Positions 37,313-48,270 of a DNA stretch of 64,000 nucleotides are shown here, one piece after another (the stretch's first letter is position 1; the number at the start of each line of letters is the position of its first letter). Location: the NCBI GenBank assembly GCA_024679065.1, contig JAGIQG010000004.1, positions 74,214,001 to 74,278,000 of the forward strand. The letters run 5' to 3'. Below the pieces are notes generated by a model that did no database searches, was not told the origin of the DNA, and worked only from the letters and a program-made list of their open reading frames with translations. The DNA comes from Sphyrna mokarran. Taxonomy: Eukaryota. A program made the position numbers and the translations under genes.

Positions 37313-38145
37313 AAGTCTTTGGATTCAACTCAACACTGAGCAGCATGAAACCATCATTCCCCACCCCTGTCACAAATTCCAAAACCTTGCCATTGATTCC
37401 TGCTTGCTGAAGCTAACCAGGATGCGTTGCCAACCCTCCAGCAATCTCCAGCAATTGAACATCTATCTCCAGGCCACTGCTGTGTGCAATTCTACAGCAG
37501 CTCTCTGTCCTCAGTAAAGTGAATTTAAAATCATTGACTATAGCTCTACACCCTTTTGGAACCCACTCCAAGCTTACAGCTCTTCTTGTGTCTCCATTTC
37601 TTTGAGTCTGGCCTTTTGCATGCTTTACGTTCCTCCCCTGCTAACCTCTTTACCCCAGCATTGGTGCCAGAATCTTCATTGTCTTTGGCTCTATAGCCTG
37701 AGACTCTGGGCAAAATTTTAGCTGAAAGGAATCTAGGTTTATATGCAGACGGGGGAAAGAGGTTAAATTCTGAAAAAGGTTGGGATATTCCTGCTAACCT
37801 TTGGGTTTTGCAAGATGTGTTTTAAGGAAGTAGAAATCACAGTCAAACTGCCAGATCTCTGATTTACACATTTAAACAACTTCTGTCTTTTGTTAACTGG
37901 ACCAAGCCTGTTGGCAATGTTAAAACAAAGCTTTCATTGCTAGAAGGCATTTAATTGATGGTTCACCATCAACACTGCTCCAACCCATCAATATCCTAGC
38001 TGTCCCCATTTATAGGTGTATAAACACCCTTCACCTGTTTGACAATGTAACCACTAGTAAATCTTAACAATGTACTTAATAAGACTTTTAACTCAAGATT
38101 CTGTCTTTAGCAGCCAGCATATGGATTTCCTGAGCTGTGCAGAAC

Positions 38146-38247
38146 ACTGCACTTGCCTGAGGAAGACACAAGAGTGTTGAAAGCTTGCTTTTTTACTATC
38201 AAATAAATCGGTTGGATTAATAATTGGTGTTGCTAAATTCTTACTGA
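38146..38247 (+). mobile_element. Penelope-like terminal-repeat fragment
   Basis: cctgaggaag..gaaagcttg..aaataaatcggttggattaataattggtgttg..ttcttact; flanked by GTGCAGAAC direct repeats. Confidence 0.7.
38155..38188 (+). ncRNA. Minimal type I hammerhead ribozyme motif
   Basis: CUGAGGA-A, stem II GACAC/GUGUU with AAGA loop, GAAA, palindromic AGCU stem III, 2-bp stem I GC/GC. Confidence 0.6.
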
Positions 38248-38344
38248 GTGCAGAACTTAGCAGGGTCTAGGCAAGGGTGCAGTAATGAGTGATTGATCAG
38301 TGGAGCTGATAGGAGAGAAGCCTTTAAGCAGTGAAAGTATATAG

Positions 38345-38630
38345 GTGCTGGTGAGTTAACACTGCAGCCTTACAGCTCCAGTGACTCTAGTTCAATTCCA
38401 ACCTTGGGTAACTGTCTGTCTGGAGTTTTCACATTCTCTCCATGTCTATGTGGCTTTCCTCCAGGTTTTCTTCCACAGTCCAAAGCTGTACAGGTTAGAT
38501 GGATTAGCCATGGGATATGGTATTATGGGGATAGGGTGGAGGAAAGGGCCTGGATAGGGTACTCTGACAGAGTGTCAGTGCAGGTTTGATGGGCTGAATT
38601 ACCTCTTTTGCATTGTAGGGATTCTGTTCT
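38345..38630 (+). mobile_element. HE1 SINE
   Basis: Head and V-domain; tail cattgtagggattctgttcta. Confidence 0.88.
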
Positions 38631-40299
38631 AATACCTGTCTATGTGAGAAGATTGTACTCATTGCCAATATTCTGTCAAAGCTGTGTAGCCACACAATAT
38701 CTTTAAAAGCCCTTGTACGCTATATGTAATTCCATCACATTATAAAAGCCCATTGCTCCAAATTAATCAGCTGCACACTCCTTCCCCCCCCCCAAGAAAT
38801 GAGAGGAAATGTAACTCTTGGCATGTGTTGTGACCACATTGATTCTCTGCATTACAGGTGATTTCCAACTTTTTGAAAGTCATTTCACCTGATTTGAACT
38901 TTATTCACCTTGATTTGACCCTTCCTGATGTCAGTCTTCACTCTAGCATGGGAGCAATTACGTAACTATACTATGGATCTCTGATTATCAGCAATAGGAG
39001 CAACCACACCGACGGTAACAGCATCGAGAGCAGCATAAACAGCACCAACAGTAGTTACTTTCTCTGCAAGACATAAGGGATGGACACAATGGTCCAACTT
39101 AAAGGAGGCAATCCTCTTTCAAAGCCTACAGACAGAGAATCAGCACTTTCAACATGCCAGAGCAGCAGTGACTCAGCAGATCCAGGCCCCCATAGAAGGT
39201 CGCTGCTGACATTTGCCTTCTCTTCCTCAGTGGCTGGGTGGTCCATCCATTGTCAGGGCTGTCAAGATGGCTATCACTAAGGGCCATGCCTAGTTCTCTA
39301 ATCCCCATTAGAGTTATGTCTACTCTTCTTTCTCCTTCAAGAGAGTATTGAGTGTGGCAACTGGATTGTGTGAAAAGGACAGAATGATAACATTTATGCT
39401 TGGTGACTGTGAGGGATAGGTGCGAGCTGCTAATCAGATGAGGGTGAGTATGAGTGCTAGCTGTCCAGATGGAGATTTGCGGAAGTGACTAGAAAGAGGG
39501 AGGGTGTGAGTGGATTTTCTTTGCATGTTGATCTGAAGAAAGCTGAGAAGGAGAAAGCTTGAGGAAGTAACGGTAGGGGCTTGGCATTTGCAAATACCAT
39601 GTCACTTATCTTTCTCAGCCTCTGTGAAACTATATTCAGGAGGTTTGAGAGACCACATTCCTGGGGCTCATTTTCTCAGCCACTTTGATCCATGCTTGCT
39701 AGATTGGAGAAGCTGACCTCTTCTTCCTGTCTGTGAGAAAATGGCATTTCACTGCAGTCCCTCAGTTCCTGCAGCAGGACCTCCAGGGAAGAGATCTGGA
39801 GATGGTGGTGGGGAAAGGGGAGGGCAGACATTTTTTAACTCACTTCCATTATTGTGATTGTTGCAACCTCAAGAACTAATGTAGAATTCAGCAAATCTGC
39901 TCGTCTACCAGAGTCCCTTTAACTCAATATCCCCCAATGACAAGTGTAGGTCATCATCCTGCCCACATTCTAAGACTGGTTGGGGAAACCTATGTGTGGG
40001 ATTCTGTTGCTGTGGCTGACATAAAGAGCCATGGCAAAACCCAGGACTGAAACAAATGGATTCCTGACCCATTACCAGCTTCCCTTCTCACTGTGACTAG
40101 ATCTATAACGTTAAAATCTCACCTGTTGTCTCTAAACTCTCTCCCAACCTTAAAACTGCCTCAAAACTTATGTTCTTGGCAACATTTAGGCCAACTCACT
40201 ATCTCTCCCTTTATTTATTGTTTACTCTCATCTGCATGGCAAACACTTTTGGGGTGTTGACACATTTCTGTGATCTCCTATAGTAAGAATCAGTTGTTG

Positions 40300-41650
40300 A
40301 TCAGTATAACTCCTGTTCCTTTGAGTCTGGAGGTTATGAGTTCAAATCTCATTCCATAAGCTTGAGGACATTAACTAGACTGGCATTTTAGTGAGATATA
40401 TGATGGGATCCTGCTGTGCTAAAGAATGTTGATATGTTTCAGGGAGTTCACTGACACTCGAGTTCAGAAGTTTGCTTGAAAGGGCTCTGGGAGACCCACA
40501 CTGATGGTTTTGCTGGGACCTGTCAGTGCATAAACTTGGGCACTTTACCCAAGTCTATTTACACTTATGTATTTGTGACTGCTCAACCATTGAAGAGCAA
40601 CCATTTAATTCAGTCAGAGTCTCAAACACTCCCACACATTCAGCTTCCCTGCTCTGCACATACACTCTTTAACCATTGACATCCCAGTGTCCCCCCTGTT
40701 GATGTTGGGGCAATGTCAGAGATAACAGTGACTGGTGTGAGTAGGGCCAGCTGTGCCAGAGTGAATTGATTCGAGAGAGGCTGGTCACCAGAGGTGCTGG
40801 GGGAGTGAGCATGATTTGGGATGCTGGGGTATTGAAGGGTGGGGGGGGGGTGTGGTTGGGGTGGGGGGGTGTGTGGTATGGGGTGGGGGGGGTGTGGTGG
40901 TGGGTGGGTGGGGGGGGTTGGGGTTGGGTGGGAGTGGGGGGGGGGGTGGGGGCTGGGGGGGGGTGGGAGGGGGAGGTGTGGGGGGGGGTGGGGGATGGTG
41001 GTGGGGGTGGAGGGGGGTGGTGGTGCGGTGTGGGTGCTTAGCAGAAGCAGGGTTGCAAGAGGTGAATGTTGCCAGGGAGGGAATAAAGTTGCAGGTGACT
41101 TGGGGAAGACAGAATTTAAAATAAATTAAGGACAAGATTGAAAGCACTTTGCTGTCGTCGAGCTGAAGGTAGACCTCAACGGGTGTGTCTTCAGCCCGTG
41201 ACATCAAAGGATGTGTACTCCAATGGGATTTCGGATTGCTGCTAGGCCTCTCCACTTACTTCACCAACAGATTCACAGTGCAGCTGGTAGAACAAGTTCC
41301 CACCAGAATCTTTGGAAAAACAGGATGTAGTTTTAAACAGCTGACAGGAAAACTTGGGCCAATATTAAACAGGGCAGCTGTCAATTCTTTTACAAAGACT
41401 CGAAGATCCTGGCCTGAAGCAGAGGTAGGGAACTATCCCTAGAGTCCTGGCTAATATTTTATTATTATTATCAATATTTTGTCCTTCAACAAACACTAAT
41501 GATCTGACCATTGTCACATTGCTGTCTGTGGACTCTGGCTGTGCACAGATTGCTTTCTATGTTTCCTACATTACAACAGTCACTACAGTTCAAAGGTGAT
41601 TTATTTTTTTGGCTGAGTGTTGTTGAGTGTGTTAAAGATGCAAATCTTTC
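40300..41650 (+). mobile_element. SacSINE1-like DeuSINE split into head (about 40300-40425) and Deu domain/tail (about 41415-41650)
   Basis: tgagtctggaggttatgagttcaaatc; gtcctggctaatatt..tcacattgctgtctgtgg..gctgtgcacagattg..tgtttcctacattacaacagt. Confidence 0.7.
40838..41035 (+). repeat. G-rich low-complexity tract
   Basis: About 200 nt of G runs separated mostly by T. Confidence 0.95.
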
Positions 41651-42458
41651 TATCTATTGTGTGAGATCAACTCTAGCAGCAGAATGGGGTGGATAGTTCA
41701 CATGAACTCAGGTCCTAATGAACCCAGTGCAACTTTCCAGTATACCCAACCCTCTCTACATTGGGGCCTTCCCAACACTTTAGCAGTCTTGTGGGTGTCA
41801 GCGGCCCATGTTCTGTTCTCTGGAAAGTGGGCGATATATGAAATGCATCAGGTGCTCAATTTTCCATTAACTGCCTGACTGTATCATGCTAAATCAATCT
41901 TCATGTCACTGTAACATCTTTGCAACAAAATGTGGCTGCTTCTAATGGTGCAATCCATGTTGTAAAAATTGATGTACATCTTGCCAACAGTGCCACCCAT
42001 TATACGTGTCCAAACCATCTTTGGAAAGAAAGTTGCTCAAACTGCTTGTTGCCTGGATGGTGAATGAACTTACGAGTGTTGATTCTTCAAGGCTTGAAAA
42101 ACCAAGTTGACATTTTTAGCTCAAAAACTTGAGTCTGACCTTGCTCGTTCACCATACAAAAGTGCCATCTGTATTGAGCTTCAAACATCAAGTACAACTT
42201 CAGCTCAATAAAGACTGTAAAACCTGAAGGATAATGTGATGAAGTTGTTTGATAAAAGGTCATAGAGGATCCAGAACCTCACTCGAAAGCTTACTTGGCC
42301 ACTACTAATAGCATCAATGCCTACTAAATTTGAAACTACACGTTGATAGATTACTGTAGTCCTTTGGTCTACGAAATTCAAAAATCCATTGAATCCAGAA
42401 ATAAAACAATGAGATTTGGATCCCTCTCCCAATTTGGAGTCTGTTGAATTTCCATTCT

Positions 42459-45400
42459 GTTGAAACCGTAGACATGTTTATGGATAGCAGCACGTTCATG
42501 TGGAATGCAAGAGTGAGGGAGAAAGAGAGGTGGAATGGAGAACCAAACAGCCAAGAAAGACCAAATACGTGGTACAGAAGCTCTTTGAGTGCATCTCGCT
42601 GTCCAACTAGTCTTGAGCTCTGAGTACTGATGAAAATGACCTGGGCAGTGCAGTCAAAGACAGGTCCATAATACCACAGCTGGCACAACTGCACAGTGGG
42701 GGCACTGGAACAGGCTGAAAGAGCAACAGTGGTAGGAGATTTGATAGTTAGGGGAACAGACAGACACTCTCCCAGCACAGGCGTGAACCCAGGATACCGA
42801 GTTGCCTTCCTTGTGCCATGGTCAGGAATATGACTGAACAGCCACAGAGCACTCTGAAGGGAGAGGGTGAATAGCTAGTGGCTGTGTTCCACATTGGTAT
42901 CAGTAACATCGGTAAAAAGAGAGATATGGTCTGCAATCAGAATTCAGAGAGCTAAGTAAGAAATTAGGAAGTAAGAGTTCAAAAATAATAATCTCCAGAG
43001 CATTCTCAGTGTCACTGGAGTATAGAAATATGAGGATAAAACAGGTCAAAGCATAACTGGAAAGATGACAGAGGAGGAAGGGGTTTAGATTCCTGGGTGA
43101 TTGAGACCACTTCTGGGGGAGATGGGACATTTACAGCCCTGTAAAGATTGCAGCAAAGCTGAGTGGATACTAATTTCCTTGCTATTGGGAAGGTTTACCC
43201 TAAGTTAACAGGGACGTGCACCCGCAGTTAATACTTTCGAAGGAACATCATGGTGCATAGGATATAGAGATAGACAGTATTAAAACTGGAAATAGTAAGA
43301 CATCAGGTGGATTCAGCATAATGTGGAAAGTAATATAGTTTAAATTAGGGTCATCGTGCATGAATGTGAATGCGCAGAGTGTGATAGATAAGACTGATGA
43401 GTTGCTGTATGGAAATATTTTGATATGCCGATAATAGAGACCTGGCTCAGAGAAGGATAGGACTGGGCATTAAATATTCCTGGATGCAAAGATAGGAAAG
43501 AATGAAAGCAGTGTTGATTAAGGAGAGTATTTTGGTGCTGGAGTAAGAAGATGTCTTGGAGGGTCAAGGACAGAATCTATTTAGTTGTAGCTAAGAGAGA
43601 AAAAAAAAGTGCAATCAGATTTCTCGGTGTATTCTATGGGCCATCAACGAGTGAGGAAGATGTAGAGGAACAAACTTGCAAGAAGATCACAAAGAGATGC
43701 AGAGTTATAGTGTTTACAACAGGGGGCTTTCCAAGTACAGGCTGCGTAGTAGTAGTGCAAAGGGCAGAGAACAACAACAGTTCCTGGAGTGGGTTAAGGG
43801 AAATATTCTGCAGCAGTAATGAGAGAGTGACATGACTACACCTGATTCTTGGGAATGATGTGGGCCAAATGGATCAAGGGAACATTTAGGGGACCATGCT
43901 CACTGTTTAGATTGGCTCTGAACGATCAGAGTAAAAAAAAAAATCAGGAAAAGCCATTATCAATAGAATAGAAATGGATTTGACATAGATAAACTGGTTG
44001 GCAAACAAGACCATCCCTAAACATATGACTATAACCTTGAACAAAGATTATAGTTTGGGCATAGATAATGTATATTCCCATGAAGAAATAAGGGAGGCCA
44101 AACAAAAATCCAGAGCTTTTATGACAAAAGCGATAAAAATTATAAATGTCCAGTAGAGAACTGAATCAAGAACATGTTGAATATAGAAGGTTCAGAGGAA
44201 AATTGAAAAAACAAATAAAACTAGCAAACAGAGAGCAGGAGGTGAGACTGGCAGCTAACATAAAGCAGAATCCAAAAGCCTTCCATGGACATGTAAGTAG
44301 TAAGAGTGGTAAAAGGAGGAGTAGTGTGATTAAGGACCACAAAGGAGACTGGCACATGGAGGGAAGGGGCATGGCCAAGGTATTAAATGAATATTTTGCA
44401 TTCATCTTTACCAGTGAAGAGAATACTGCATGAGGAGCATTCTCCTCATGCTAAATGAGGAGCTTGTTCAGACTTTGAAATGTTTAAAACTGGTAAGGAC
44501 GAAATATTGGATAGGTGTCTGTACTTAAAGTTAAAAAGACTGGATGTGATGTATCCGAGTGGAGGCAGTGGCTTCAATTTCCATTCTTCCTTCAAGGATA
44601 GTGCCAGAGTACTGGAGAATTGCAAAGATAAGTCCAGTAACTACAGTCCAGGCAGTTTAACCTCGGTGGCAATGGAGCTGTGAGAAATGATAATTCAGGA
44701 TAATATTAATAGTGTCTTGGAAAAATGCAGGTCCAGTAAGGAAAGCCAGAAGGGATTTATTAACAGTAAACCATATTTAAACAATTTGCATGGGTTGTTT
44801 GATAAGGTAACTGAGGGGCTAAGGGTGATGCCGTTGATGTGATATATGTGGACTTCCAAAAGGCATTTGATAAGGTGCCCAAATAACAGAGTTGTGAACA
44901 AAGTTAAAGCTCATAGAATAAAAGGACAATAGCAACATAGATATGAAATTGTCTGAGTGACAGGGAATGGAAAGTAGTGTTTAACAATTGTTTTCCAGAC
45001 TGGAGGAACACTTGTTGTGCAGTTCCCAGAGGTCAGTGTTAGGGACTTGCTTTTCCTGATACACGTTTATGACCTAGACCTTGATGTACAGAACACAATT
45101 TCAAAACTTGCTGATGCTCCAAAACATGGAAGTATTGTAGACTGTAATGGAGAACAGCAAAAGGACATTGACAGATTGGCAGAATGGGTAGGCAAAGGGC
45201 AGATGAAATTTAATGCAGAGAACATTTTAGTAGAAAGAAAGTGGAGAGACAATATAAAATAAAGAGTACAGTGCTAAAGCAGATGCAAGATCAGAGGCAT
45301 TCGGGTATACATGCATGTGAATCATTGAATATCATAGGACAGATTGAGAGTGAGGTTAATAATGAATTTGTATGCTGGGTTTTATCAATAGGGCCATAGA

Positions 45401-45976
45401 TTACTAAAGCAAGGCACTTTTGTAAAACAGTAATTTGGCCTCAACTGAAAGTTTGTATTTACTTCTGGGCACATTTCAGGAAGGATGTCAATGTTTTATT
45501 TAGAGATGTAGAAAAGATTCATGAGAATGGTTCCGAGGATGAAGAACATTAGTTACATAGATAGATAGATTGGAGAAGTTAGGGCTATATTTCTTGAGGG
45601 AGAGAAGGTTGAGAGATTTGACAGATGTCAAAATCATGAGGAATTGGGACAGTGTTGAGAGAAATTTTTCCCATTAGTAGAAGGGTTGAGAACCTGAGGG
45701 CACTGATTTAAAGTAACTGGCGTAAGAAGCAATGGGGACAGGGAGGATTTTTTTTTGCACAGCATTAAGATCTGGAATGCACTGTCTAAGAATCTGGTGG
45801 AGGCAGGTTCATTCCAAATGTTTGAAAGAAAATTGGTATTTGAAAAGAAAAAAAATGAGCAGGTCTACGGGGAAAAGGCAGGAAAGTGGAATAGGGTAAA
45901 ATGCTCCTTCTGAGAGGCAGTACAGATACTTTGGTCTGAATGGCCTCCTTCTATGGTGTAATTTTCTATGATTCTT
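42459..45976 (+). mobile_element. Long decayed CR1 (ORF1 SGNH-esterase relic, endonuclease, RT, 3' UTR)
   Basis: VVGDLIVRGTDR..VFHIGISNIG (ORF1), NIKQNPKAF..VLNEYFAFIFT, ISKLADA, QMKFNAE; tail tggcctccttct..ttctatgattct; attctg at both flanks. Confidence 0.92.
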
Positions 45977-47909
45977 TATTCTGCAAGAGCTGCAGTGCTG
46001 GACTCCTATCTGGATGTTGAACTTCAATCCCACTGTTTTTCTCCTGGAGTAGGTACAGCTCAGTGTCTTGAAAACCAATGAAGCTGATGAGAAAGGCCAA
46101 CTCAACTGCCAAAGTTCAACTTTTATTACATCTGAGATATGTAACGAAGCTGGCAGCACTCGACAAGATCTTGACGGGGAAGGTGGGGATTGCCTTTATC
46201 CCCACCTGGATGGATGGGGCAGGGGGTGCTACATTAGAAAGCTTATTATCAATCAATCGAGCTGTAGGAATCAATTGCAAGGAACAATCTATTGGCTTGT
46301 TATAGTTGTGTCTCATTTCAAACACATACACCATCTTGTTGGGAAGATCTTCATTTAAGAATTCCTTGTCTCAACTTAATCCAACGATAATCGTTTGGAT
46401 GCCACCTGAATTGCCAGGTGTTAACAGTATCCTAGCTTTAACCTTAAGGAATTCATTAACTAGAAAGCTGTAAGTTAATAAAGCTTGAATAGTTTATGAT
46501 CTGTTATGTATTTCTGCTTAGTGAACTGGTAATTGTAAAACTGAAAGACATTATGTTCAGTTTTGTATGTAACATCATTTCTGTTTTAACAGCAACAGCT
46601 CATTGACTACAATTATAAAGCTGCCGTGATTTATTAACTTAAGTCTTTTTGGGGCAATGATCCATTACTGTTAAGACATTACAATGCAAAGCTCCCTTTA
46701 GTGCTAACCATAATAGTTCATGAACTAAAAAAGGCATATGCTAAAAGATGAGCAGCTTTAGTAGACTAACGTTCCTAAGTTCACTAGACTGTTAATTTTA
46801 AACAGAAAAGCTACTATAAACAGCTGTGTATTTAATGTCTTTTTAATGCCACCAGTAAAAATGTCACAATCATCATCAATCTCTTTCATCAATAAATTGT
46901 AATGCTTTGCATCTGATGAGTGAAACCATAAAGAAAACAAACACAAAGAAGTATCAGAAGTTTTTTTGTATCCAGTTCTATGCTAATTGCACATCACATC
47001 AAAATGGGAAAGCATTGGGAAAAATAACTCTCGCAAAGCTCATGTGATTAGTGTGGCCAAGCCTTTTCGATTTCAGATTGCTAGTCAAGACATGGTAATG
47101 GCAAAATGGGGATCCGTTCAGAAGTTAGTAGAGTTCTTGCACATGTCTGAGTGTATATGTATAGTTTATATGAATAGACTCACTGTGTATGCTTGCTTGC
47201 ATAATCAGTCTGAAGACAGAAGCAGTTTCTGTTTCATTACCAGTGATTGTAGCTTCCTACTGAATTTGAGCAAGTCTGCTAATTTGGTGAATTCAGCTCA
47301 GTAATAACTTCTGCTGTTTTATCTTCATTAGGGTCAGAGCAGTGTAATACAATCCAACACCTTCAAGAAATTATTCAAAGATATGTTCAACCGATTTTTT
47401 TCCTATTTTTATGTGATAATTTTCAGTACTTAGATTTCATCTTTCGGTTTGCTGATATAGTTATCATGACTCTTTGCACTAAAATAATATTGATTTGTAT
47501 TAAGGCTATCACAGAGTTTACGTAAAATTGAAGTTCACAATTTGTTCACTCAAATCTCCTTCCTGATGATAATAAGGGAGAGAAAGCAGGAAGTATATTA
47601 TTAACAAAATTGTAAATACAAGACTCCCCCACAGTATAGTGATATATGATTCAGACATTTGTTGGAGTTTGCTTCATCATTACATGATTGAAAATTTTGT
47701 TTTAAGAGAAGGCTGATTTCCCTTAAATAATATATTCTATTTGGGAAAGGACAATCTAACATTTTTGTTGGTTGGAAACGAAGAACAATTGTTAAAACTA
47801 GATAAGGATAAATGAGTGGGAAAAATGATCAGGTGTTAATAACAACACATGAATAGCTAAAATCATGTGTTAATATGGATTAATCAATTGTAAGTTTAAA
47901 GAAACAAAA

Positions 47910-48270
47910 ACTTGGACTTACGTCTTTCACAAAAACAGGATATCCCAGTTGGCTTCACAGTTCACTACTTTGAAGTATAACATCTGTTATAATATAGGAA
48001 ATGCAAGCAGCCAATTTAGGGACAGCAAGATACCCCATATAGTAACGTGATAACGACCAGATAATCTGGTTGATTGCAGCATGAACGTTGGCCAGGACAT
48101 CGAAGAGGACAACCCCAACCTTTAACTCCTCTACTTTTTCAAAATAGTACAAGACTTCCACTTTACATCTTCTTTAAAGGAAAGCGCATCTGCACTGAAA
48201 CGTCAGAGTTTTTGTATTCCTCAGATTAGACCAGAATACACAAATTTGTGATGCAAAGGCAGGAGTCACA
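47910..48270 (-). mobile_element. SacSINE1-like DeuSINE
   Basis: tttgaagt..taggaaatgcaagcagccaattt..cagcaagat..gtgataacgaccagataatctg..gttggccaggaca (antisense Deu domain). Confidence 0.7.

Larger units (their letters stand above)
37708..40124. mobile_element. PIF/Harbinger transposon remnant with convergent transposase (+) and Myb/SANT (-) relics
   Basis: Plus about 39103-39280: KAYRQRISTFNMPEQQ*LSRSR..AADICLL..HPLS/AVKMAI (HARBI1-like N-terminus). Minus about 39600-39815: SLEVLLQELR..RKKRSA..QAWIKVAEKMS (NAIF1-like). Imperfect TIRs. Confidence 0.7.
37480..40295 (+). mobile_element. Old L2 3' end split by the Harbinger element (pieces about 37480-37707 and 40125-40295)
   Basis: gaatttaaaatc before and ctctaaactctct..aaaactgcctcaaaacttat after resemble L2 C-terminal FKI..LWNSLP..FK..LKT sequence. 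Confidence 0.45.

Noticed and set aside
40766-41255. Gly-rich and Pro-rich ORFs
   Set aside because: Artefacts of the G-rich low-complexity tract.
41925-41975. NVAASNGAIHVV resembling the fasciclin H2 motif
   Set aside because: Isolated short match with no splice sites or remaining FAS1 domain; flanked by stops.
46913-46927. CTGATGA-GT-GAAAC as a hammerhead (also 37139 and 58633)
   Set aside because: No stem II, or the catalytic core is mutated.
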